Positions 15,501 through 27,500 of a stretch of DNA of 64,000 nt are shown here, piece by piece. This DNA comes from Adineta vaga. Its lineage: Eukaryota; Animalia; Rotifera. Below the pieces are notes generated by a model, which was given only the letters and a program-made list of their open reading frames with translations, did not search any database and was not told the DNA's origin. The translations under genes and the position numbers were made by a program. The stretch's first letter is position 1. Each line of letters starts with the position of its first letter. The DNA is taken from contig CP075497.1 of the NCBI GenBank assembly GCA_021613535.1, positions 5,270,001-5,334,000 on the forward strand. Reading direction: 5' to 3'.

Positions 15501-18500
15501 AATGACTTGGCAACGTGATACAACGGTATTGTTTATAAATTTGATTAGTTTGTCTGTCTATCTTTGTTTGTATTTATTTAGGAACTTATCTCTGATGATC
15601 GTATACAAATGACACAAACAGATAAATTAGCTAAGCTAGTTATTACTAAAGCAGTTCGATCTGATAAGGGTCGATATCTCATACGTTTAGTTAATAGTTC
15701 AGGAAATGATACAGCTGAGTGTGATGTTATTGTTCTTGGTCCACCATCGAAACCACGCGGACCATTAGCAGTAAAAGATGTTACAAAATCAACTGTTACA
15801 CTTTCGTGGTCACCTCCAGAAGATACTGGTGGCAAAGAAATTACGTAAATTATCTATAATCGTTTCAACATATGATTTCATTTGTTATTTTTAGAAATTA
15901 TGTCGTGGAAAAACGTGATAAGAAAAGTGGTGATTGGGTACGTTGCAATGATCCAATTAATGGTACACAAGTTACAGTATCAAAATTAAAAGAAGGACAA
16001 GAATATGAATTTCGTGTTATGGCAGAAAATGCGAATGGAATTTCAGAACCATTAATAACTGATAAAGCTGTTTTAGTCAAAAATCCGTTTAGTAAGTTTC
16101 CATTTGCAAAGATTCGTTTGGAAAAAATTTGAAATATTCTCTGTATAGATGAACCTGGTGCGCCCAGTCGACCAGAATGTGCAACACGTGATCGTGATCA
16201 TATTGAAATTAAATGGAATCCACCTCGAAATGATGGTGGTAATCCAGTGAAAGGCTATATTGTTGAACGACGAGAAAAAGGATCAAAGAAACGAGAATGG
16301 ACAAAACTAACGCGTGATGATCCACATAAAGCAAGTGTTTTTTTCTTTTTGAATTTTTGAAAGCCCGCACGAAGCGAGCCGAGAAAAAATTAGTCTATAA
16401 GACTCATTGTATTATTCCGAAACACAGAAATCTTTAGTAAAAGGCGAAAGATTTTCGTGTGATTGTTTCGGAATCAGAGTTAATCTTTGACGAACGATTA
16501 CTCGTGTTTATATATATTATATGGACGCATAAATTGCATAGTAGATCAATTCTTCTTCTTTTCTATTCGCTATATGATCTAATATGAAGAGAGAGAAAGG
16601 GAGGGAAAGAGAGAGAGAGAAAAGAACGAGAAAACAAATCTGACGTATTTATTCTTTTTCTAGGGAACGAATTTTGTTGATAGCAATGTCACAGCTAATA
16701 AAGAATATGAATATCGTGTATCAGCGGTCAATGATGCTGGTCCAGGCGAACCAAGTGATCCATCGGATAGTATTGCTGCTAAACCAGAAAAGGGTATGAT
16801 AAATTTCTCAATCAGTTATATCAGCAACAATGATAAATAAAACATGTGTTTAATTTTTCGAAATTAAAATGTTTGTTTTTTTTAATAGAAAAACCATCAT
16901 TTGATCTTAGTGGATTAAATGGTGGACTTGGTAAGAAGGAGATTCGTCTTCGAGCTGGTGAACCATTAACAATTGATTTACCTATCAATGGATCACCCGC
17001 ACCAACTATTACTTGGACAAAAGATGGTGAACCTGTTCAAGCAGCTCGAGAGTTCGTATCTTAAAAAAACATGGATTAAAATTGCTTCTACAATATATCC
17101 TCTTTTTGTTTAATTATATTTTAGTACTCAATTAGAAAGTGATGATGTTCATGCTAAATTACATAAACCATCATCAAAACGTTCGGATACTGGAAAATAT
17201 AAAGTTCAATTAAAAAATGATTCTGGTGAAGATGAATGTGACATTGATGTTATTGTATTAGACAAACCAGGAATACCAGAAGGTCCATTGGAAACAACAG
17301 AAACAACAAAAGATTCTGTTTCTCTTCAATGGAAACCACCAAAAGAGAATGGTGGTGGTGAAATTACTGGTAAAATTTGATTCTGTGAAAGATTGATTGA
17401 GTAAGAAGAAAAATTTCCTCTTTAGGTTATATCATTGAAAAATGTCCAGAAAATTCGGATCGATGGGAAAAAGTTCCTGGCGTATTTACACAACCAAAAG
17501 GAACTATTAAAGATTTAGAAATGAATAAAAAATATAAATTTCGTGTTAAAGCTGAAAATATTTATGGTGTTGGTGAACCATTAGAAACAACATCTTTAAT
17601 TACTGTTAAACCACCATATGGTAAATCATAATCAATTGAATTACTCATTTGATATTATTTCAATATATATATTTAGATGCACCTGATGCACCAGATACAC
17701 CTGAAATTACCGAATATAATTCTACATATATCAAATTGAAATGGGATACACCGAAAAAAGATGGTGGAAATCCAATAACCGGTTATAATGTTGAAATGCG
17801 TGAGAAGGGTAGTAATAATTGGGTACCATGTAATACGTATCCAACGAAAGGAACAGAATATACTGCATCTGGTTTACGTGAAGGTCAAACATATGAATTT
17901 CGAGTTGCTGCTGTCAATGGTGCTGGACCAGGAGCACCATCAAAACCAACACGAGGACAAAAAGCTGAAGTACCTATGTTTGTTGCTGATGCACCAGATC
18001 AACCAAAAGTCGATAAAATAACTAAAGATTCAGTTTCGCTTTCATGGAAAAAACCAACAAATGATGGTGGAAGTAAAATTACTGGATATATTATTGAAAA
18101 ACGTACACCAGATAGGTTTGTTTTGAACTTCTACGAATAACAATAATGAATGTAACATGTTGTTTTCTCTTCTATTTAGTCGTGATTGGACTGAAGTTAC
18201 TGAAATACCAGCTCGCGAGACTTCGTATACTGTACCTAATTTAACAGAAGGAAGTGAAGTTTCATTTCGTATTCGTGCTGTTAATGCTGTTGGTCCCAGT
18301 GATCCTAGCCGATCAACTGATACAATTATTGTTCAAGATCAACCTGGTATAGAAATATTTGATTTCTTAATATAGTTGAATTTTCTCTTTTTGGTTCATT
18401 TAGATAAACCATCTTTTCTTGATTTACATGGTATTAAAGATATAACTGTGAAAGCTGGTAAAGATTTCGAAGTACATATTCCTTATAAAGCAACACCCAA

Positions 18501-21500
18501 AGCACAAGCACAATGGTTAGTTGATGATAAAGATTTAGTCGATGATAATCGTGTTAATGTTAAAGTAAGATTTGCAAGACATACCATTGAATATTATATA
18601 CAAATGAATCTCATTTTAGACAACCGATAATCTCGTTACTTTATTGGATCGTAAAGCTGAACGAGGTGATTCAGGTATATATAAATTAATTCTGAAAAAT
18701 AGTGAAGGTACTAATCAAGTACAATTTCGTGTCAATGTTCTTTCTCCACCAACAAAACCTGAAGGTCCATTAGAAGCCAAAAATATTACTGCTGAAGGAT
18801 GTACACTTAATTGGAAACCACCAGTAAGATATCTATTTTTTTTAAATCAATTGAATTTTTATTATTCTTGTTTTCCTTCATATAGAAAGATGATGGAGGT
18901 AGTCCTTTGAAACATTATGTGGTTGAACGACGTATTGCAGGAACTGATAAATGGACAAAAGTGGGTCCACCAGTTTCAGGCACAACATGTGATGTTAAAG
19001 GTTTAGAAGATGGAAAGAATTATGAATTTCGTGTTACTGCTGAAAATGATAATGGTTCATCGGAACCTTTGACTGTCGATGCACCCATCAAAGCGAAGTG
19101 GCCATTTAAACCACCTGATGCACCAGGTACACCGGAATGTGTAGGACATACAAGTGATTCGATAACATTACAATGGGCACGACCACAAAGTGATGGTGGA
19201 AATCCAATTCGAGGTTATCTTATTGAGAAGAAGGAAAAAGGAACTGATCGATGGATTCCGTAAGATAGAATTGATCTTATTAAAGTTCTTTAGAATAGTA
19301 TAGTTTAGTGTCAATCGAGAACCAATTTCAGCTGCGGAATATACAGTTCCAAATCTTACTGATGGAAAAGAATATGAATTTCGTGTAGCAGCTGTAAATA
19401 AAGCTGGACCTGGAGAATATGGTAAGCCAAAGTATTTATTATTGGTTCTCTTCACTATTGTTAACTTTCTTTTTTTTAAGCACAAACGAATGGTGCTATT
19501 CAAGCTCGTCCACCTGATGTAGCACCACATGCTGTTGGTTTTAGTGCCTACGGTCCGAAAGAAATTATTATTCGTGCTGGTGAAGATTTAAAAATTCCTA
19601 TACCATTTGTTGGTTCACCTGCACCACAAGTTACATTTGCCAAAGGTGGTGATGATATTAAACCAGATGGAAATACTCAAATAACAGTAAAAGATGGTCT
19701 TGCTGAACTTTGCGTACCTAAAGTTAAAGGAAGCGATAGTGGCTTATATTCATGTACATTAAAAAATCATCTTGGACAAGATACAGTACAAATGAAAGTC
19801 ACTGTTGTTGATAAACCAGGTTTATTTACAATTCTTTCGTTATTTATTTTGAATTAAACTTCGAAAATGTTTTTAGATACACCCGAAGGACCATTGGAGA
19901 TCAATGATATTAAACCTGATTCATGTGTTCTAACATGGAAACCTCCAAAGAATGATGGTGGTTCGCCTATCAGTAATTATGTTATAGAAAAGCTCGATAC
20001 GAAAAAAGGAGAATGGCAAAAAGTATCGAGTTTTTGTCGTGTACCATACTATGAAGTAGCTGGTTTAGACGAAGGATCAGAATATAAATTTCGTGTATCA
20101 GCGGAAAATATTTACGGACAAAGTGTACCATTGGAATGTGACAAACCAATTATCGCTAAACATCCATTCAGTATGTGTTCATTAAAATGAAATTTGAGTA
20201 GAGAAAGAAAATCTGTTTTGATTTAGGTGCACCACAAGGTCCAGCTAATTTAGAAGTAGCGAATCAAACAGAGAATTCTGTTCGATTAAAATGGAATAAT
20301 CCCAAAAGTGATGGTGGATCAAAAATAACTGCTTATCAAGTAGAAATGCGAAATCCTGATACTGATACATGGGAAGTTGTCAATGATTATCCTATTAAAG
20401 GCAATGAATTCACTGTTGATAAATTACAAACAGGAAAACCATATGAATTTCGTGTTAAAGCAAAAAATGCTGCTGGATGGGGAGATTATTCTAAACTTGA
20501 TCGTCCAGTAACATTAAAGCCTGATTGTAGTATGTGATATTCATTTGAATTTTGCAGAAAAAAAAGATCAAAATTCAATCTTTGTTTTAGCTCCATCTTC
20601 ATCGCCTGGTATGCCAGAAGTGAAGAAAGTTGGTAGAAATCATATTGAATTAGCTTGGACACCGCCTACTAATGATGGTGGTGCAAAAGTAATTGGTTAT
20701 ATTGTTGAAAAGAAACCTGTTGGAAGTGATCAATGGACTAAAGCATTACCATTCAATGTACTTGATAATAATGTTATGATTAGTGATTTACCAGAAAATG
20801 GTGAATTTGAATTTCGTGTTAAAGCAGTGAATAGAGCTGGAGAAAGTGAACCAAGTTCAACAACTGGTCGAGTTAAAATTACTGAATTTCCAAGTAAAAC
20901 TATTTTGTCATATTCTTTCGTTTAATTGAAATAATTTCATTGAAATAATGTAGATGGACGAGTACCAACATTTGTGAAAAAAGTAACCGATGCTACTGCG
21001 GCAATCAATGGTGAAGCAACATTTACAGTTGAATATGAAGGTAATCCAGCACCAGAAGTCAAATGGTTTCGTAATGGTTTGGAACTATCTTCATCTGGTC
21101 GTTATCGTATTAATACGAAGCCAGATGAATCCAAATCAACATTAACATTTACAGAAGCATGGGAAACTGATAATAATTCAAAGATTACATGCGAAATTAT
21201 TAATCCACTTGGAAAAGATTCATGTGAAGCAGTTTTTCATGTTAAAAGTAAATAATCAAATTAGAACTTGTAGTTTTTATTCTTCTGAAAACTTTACATT
21301 TTGTTCTTTATTTTAGCACCACCTAAAATACAACGAGAACCGGAGGAACAACGTATTCATTTGGGCGAGACTTTAAAAGTTAAAATTCCAATCAATGGCA
21401 AAGGTCCTTTCACATTTAAAGTTAAAAAGAATGACCAACCATTGGAAGATAATGATCGTGTTCGTATTCAGGAACACGAAGATTATCTTATTGTTACTAT

Positions 21501-24500
21501 TCCTGGTTAGTACTTTTATTTCATAATCAATTCTTTGTCATAATTATTCACTTTCTAGATGCGGAACGAGATGATGCCGGAAAATACGCCATCAATGTAG
21601 CGAATGATTCAGGTTCATGTAACATACCACTAAAAGTTAAAGTCATTGGTAAGTTTGTTTTGTCTTTAAAAATAAAAACTATATTCTTTTCTTCACATAG
21701 CTCCACCACTTCCTCCAACGGGTCCACTTGAAATCTCAAATGTATCGAAAGATCGTGCAACACTTTCATGGAAACCACCAAAAAACGATGGTGGTGGTAA
21801 AGTAACTGGATATATCGTAGAAAGACGTGATACATCCAAAGGACCTGACGCTTGGTTACCTGTAGCACAGAATTGTAAAGAGACAACCTTTACTGTACCT
21901 TCATTACTTGAAGGACACGAATATGAATTTCGTGTGATGGCGATCAATGAAAATGGTACTAGCGATCCATTACGTTCATCTAAACCAGTTGTTGCTCAAC
22001 TTGCTTTTAGTAAGCAACATTTTTTTAATTTCAATTAGAGAATTTTACTTTGCTTTTGTCTCTAATAAATAGAACCACCTGGTGCATCAGGACAACCAGA
22101 AGTCAATGAATTAACAAATAATACTGCTACATTAGTTTGGGATAAACCAATTTCAGATGGAGGTTAGATATTGAAACTACATTTTAGAAATGAATTAGTA
22201 AAATTTTAGGTGGACCAATAACTGGTTATTGGATTGAAAAACGTGAACAAAATACAGATAAATGGATTCCAGTGAATATATCTCCATGTCAATCAAATCG
22301 ATATACAGTTCCATCATTGATGGAAGATCATTGCTATGAATTTCGTGTCATAGCAGAAAATGAAGCTGGAAAAGGAATACCATCGGACGCATCGAAATTA
22401 ACAAAGGTAATGTTGAATCATACTGTCGCTTCTAATGAACAAAGAATTTGTTTTACAGATTAAAGATCCTAATGCTTCAACTGCGCCTGAATTTATTAAA
22501 AAATTAAAAGATGCTGAAGGTAATGAAGGCAAAACTATTCGTTTAGAAGCTGAAGTTATTGGTACACCAACACCGGATATTCAATGGTACGAAATTCATA
22601 ATAATTTAATAATAACAATGAAATTCTTCTTTCTTTTCAGGTGTAAAGGCACAAAAGAACTATCTGAAAGTTCGAAATATAGTATCACTCGTGAAGGTGA
22701 TAAATGTATTTTAGTCATAAATAATGCTACGCCAGATGATATTGATGAATATTCTATCAAAGCACGTAATAAAGGTGGTTCAAGAATCAGTCGCTGTAAT
22801 GTCAATGTTCGATGTAAAGTTCATTAGATTTCTTCTAAGGCATTGAAATTGATGATTTCATACTTTTTTTAGCACCACCTCGTCTTCGTTTACCAGCAAA
22901 ATATCAAGATATTCTTGATTATGATAAAGGTGAACCGATTGTTATTAAAATTCCATATACCGGTAGTCCATTACCAAATGTAACATTAACCAAAGATGGA
23001 AAGGATATAACTAAAGATAAAAATGTTTCTATTGATGTGGGTGATCGTGGTATCACATTAACAATTCGAAATACGGATAAAAATACCAGTGGACCATATA
23101 AAATTAAATTAGATAACAATTTAGGTGAAGATGAAGCTACATTACGTCTTCGTGTATCAGGTATAACTTTGAATTATATGATTCTATAGGATAATTGATT
23201 TCTATTTCATAGATATACCTGGTGCACCACGTAATCCACAGGTTGATTCAATTTCTGATGATTCCGTTGCATTATCATGGGAAGTACCAGATGATATTGG
23301 TGGAAGTTATATAAAGAATTATATTATTGAAAAACTCGATCCTGATACGGGAAAATGGACAAAAGCAGCAACAAGTCGATTTCCTCGTTGTACTGTAGAA
23401 AATCTATTATCAAATAAACCATATCAATTTCGTATTATTGCGGAAAATGTTCATGGTGCAGGTGAACCATCTGAGCCAACGAATACAATTCAAACAAATG
23501 GTAATTGTGAATTGAAAAATAGAGATAAATTCATATTTAATGATGATTATTTTAGATGCAAATAATAAACGACGTCCAGGAAAAGATGATGGTTCATCTC
23601 GTAGACGAAACAATGATCTACCGAAATTAGACAACTATGATCGATGCTGTACGTATATCGAGTCACTTTCTATTTATATGAAGACTCTTGTTTTTCTTTT
23701 TTAGTCTGGGATATTTGGGATAAAGGACGTCAGCCACAACAAGCAAGTTTAAAACATGGAAGTATCTACGATTATTATGATATTCTCGAAGAAATTGGAC
23801 GGTAAATTAAAATCATTGATTTACTCTTCAATAATAAAGATTGTATTTGTTTAGTGGTGCTTTTGGTGTTGTTCATCGTTGTATTGAAAAAGCAACGGGG
23901 AAAACCTATGCAGCTAAATTCATTCCGACATTAACACCAGCTGATAAAGAAACAGTTCGTCGTGAAATTGATGTTATGTCGAATATGAATCATCAAAAAT
24001 TACTTCATTTACATGATGCATTTGAAGAAGAAGTCGAAATGGCTATGATTACCGAATTTATTGCCGGTGGTGATCTGTTCGATCGTATTGCTGATCCAAA
24101 TTATAAAATGACTGAAGCTGAAGCAATTAAATATATGCGACAAGTTTGTCAAGGTCTTAAATATATGCACGAAAATAATATTGTTCATTTGGATTTAAAA
24201 GTGAGAACAAAAGAAAATCTCTTGTCGAATATTACTTTTTATTTTTCTTTTAGCCGGAAAATATTATGTGTGAAACAAAGAATAGCACGAATGTCAAAAT
24301 ATGTGATTTCGGTTTAGCTACAAAACTTGACCCAAATGAAGTTGTTAAAGTTAGTGCAGCAACAATAGAATTTGCTGCACCTGAAATTGTTGATCATGAT
24401 GCTGTTGGATTTTATACGGATATGTGGGCGGCTGGTGTTCTTTCTTACGTGATGTTTGTTGATAAAAAAAAATGTTATGTCTTCTTTTGATTGCATCTGA

Positions 24501-27500
24501 TAAATTTTTTAGTCTTAGTGGTTTTTCACCTTTTGGTAGTGATGATGAAAATGAAACTATGGATAATATACGTAAATGTGATCTGCATTTTCCGAATGAC
24601 TTATTCGGTGGTATATCTGATGATGGAAAAGATTTTATCAAAAAACTTCTATTAAAAAATCGAAAGTAAGATTTATTTATCATTCGATTCACATGTAAAA
24701 CATTTTGATTTTTTATATGAAAAGTGCTCGAATGACTGTGCATGATGCACTTGATCATCCATGGTTACGTGAAGATCATCCTGAATTTGATTCGAGAATT
24801 CCATCGAGTCGATACGATAATATTCGTCAACGTATTCGCGCTCGATATGTGCGTATTTTATTATTGTTATAAATCATTAAGGAAGCTTTTTTTTTCTTAT
24901 TGATCCTTAGGCTGACTATCCAGATCCAACTATTGGTCTTGGACGTATGGCTAATTGGAGTTCACTTCGAAAAAATAAACCATTGGACTACAAGATCTAT
25001 AGCACATCTTGGGGTAAGAATTAGTGTTTCATAGATCAAAGTAATATAATTATTATATTCTAGATCGACGAGAAGCTACACCACGTTTCGTTCTTCGTCC
25101 TCATAATGCTCATGTTTTAGAAGGAAATAATGCTGAATTTGATTGTCGTATTATTGCTGTATCACCACCAGTTGTTTCTTGGTAATGATCTAGTTGAAAA
25201 TTTCAGAACAATTTTAGACAGAAAAAAACTAATATGATCTTTCATTTAGGTATCGTGATAATATTGAAATTCGTCAATCAACCAAACATTTTAAGAAATA
25301 TAATCGAAATAATTATAAACTTGAAATTAAACGTTGTGTACAAGATGATAAAGGCGAATATATTGTTCGAGCATCGAATAGTTACGGTGAAAAAGAATAT
25401 GCTGTCTTCTTAACTGTTGAATGTAGGTATCATACGATTCAATTATTTTATAATTATTTGCCTATTGTATAACATAGTTAGTTTATCTTTCTCAATTGAT
25501 TATGCGAGCATTATGTTTTTATCATTATATATATGATGAACTTTCTACGCGTTTTTCCTCTTACATAACTCATCTTACAAACGTAAACCATCTGTATCTT
25601 AGTATCAGCGACATCTGATAGAACAGATTTGTCAACACCATTAAACGTTGAAGATTACACGATGTGAATTAGATTTTCTTATGCCTGCAATTGCTTTCTT
25701 TCTCTTTTTGCTGTAGGTTATCGATATATTCTATCGATCGTTTCTTGCTTTTGTCAATGTCGTATCGGGTTGATATACACGTTTCTAATGAGACTCTTGA
25801 CTTTCAGCATTGTCGTTATTATCGACATCATCAGTCTCTATATCGAGCGAGCAAAAATAACCTTGGACTATTTTTCCATAGAAAATGCTGATATACAGAT
25901 ATATTTGTTGTTTAAATTCTTGTTATTTATTTCTCTCATCGATTTTTTCAACAAATATACTTTGCAACATGTTTCATTAAATAGATAGAGTAGGAACATA
26001 AAAATACTGATGTTATTTTGATCATAGTTATGGATGAAATCGTCACCACCTTGGATTGATTAGGATCCAGTGGGCACAAACAAGTTATATATGGGAAACA
26101 ATTTAGTAGTAATGTGTTGTTTTTCTCATCAGAAGGATAAGAATGAGAGAGAGAGAAAAAAAACCAAGGGATATATCTGGATCAGAAATATGAAAAGTCA
26201 AGAGGAGAAGAACATGTAGAAGAAGTAAGATGATATGATGTACAGGCAGGATACGAGCTGTATTTGTTCTCTCTCTCATGTTCTCGGTTTGGTACAGAAG
26301 AATTGTTGATGATGGAAAAGTCGAGAACAGAAAGAGAAAAAAACTGAAGAGGAATAATTAACGATATGGGTATTAGGATAGTTGTTGTTGTTGTTGTTGT
26401 TGTTGATTTGCGGTGGTGGTAGCCGAGAATATTCTTGCATTTATATAGAACTTGCCTAAAAGAAAGAGAATAGAAGTGGTTGTATCTTCTTCGCTATTCC
26501 TATGTATATGTGTACGCGAGTGTTCGTATAATCATGATGTTATTCTATTAGAACCAATATCATTGAGTAAAACAGACATTTTGCGCGTATGTGTATGCGT
26601 TGCTTGCGTATGCGTATAGCGCAGTTCGAGGGACATGATCTATGTAGTTTCTTCTACGTAGATATATATGTGTCCTAATAGAATCAGCATGGAAAAAAGG
26701 AAACCAACATATGTGTTGCCAACAACTCTCTCGTCTTTCATGCGGTTTAGATAGTCTTCTTTAGATTGCTTGCTTGCGTTTCTCTCTTCTCTTGTTGTTT
26801 TTTTATCATCACTCCTCTACTGCTATTGCTGCTGTAAGAGGGAGAGATGGACAATTTCTACTACAATTCGTCATCGAATTATTCGAGCTTTTCACGTGTC
26901 ATGTATGGTGGTTCATCACGACATCATAATTTCGAAACACCGTATGCTTATCGTGCACTCTATCGCCAACGGCTATTTCATCGTGCAAAGTCTGTTGGTC
27001 CAATTTGTAAGCAATTATATTATTATTATTTTTTCTTTTTTCAATTTATTCGCTTCTCTTAATAAATTTTATTCGTACATTTTATATAATCGATTTCTTT
27101 ATTCATTTAGTAATTCCTGAAGCACCACATGTTGAGCATCGAGCTGCTAGCCATACTCGACGTCCTGCACAAGAAATTCAAACTGATTTATGGCGCGAAC
27201 CCGATACGAAGCCTGTCTTTACATTCATGCTACGACCACGTCTTATTCAAGAAGGCATTGGTTGTAAATTGATTTGTTGTGTTAATGGTAAACCACAACC
27301 AAAGGTTAATATTAATTGAATTTATTTAATCATAAAAAAACAATTTGTTGTTGTTAATTTTCACTTCAAATAGGTACAATGGTTTAAAGAACGTACACAA
27401 TTGAGTGATCATGATTCGCATTATGCTACGTCATTTGTTCATGGCGTTTGCACCTTGGAAATAACAGCATGTGAAACATCTGATAGTGGAATGTTTCGTT

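Noticed and set aside
15177-24758. Many 60-135 aa minus-strand ORFs
   Set aside because: Antisense frames of Fn3/Ig/kinase exons with no independent signals.
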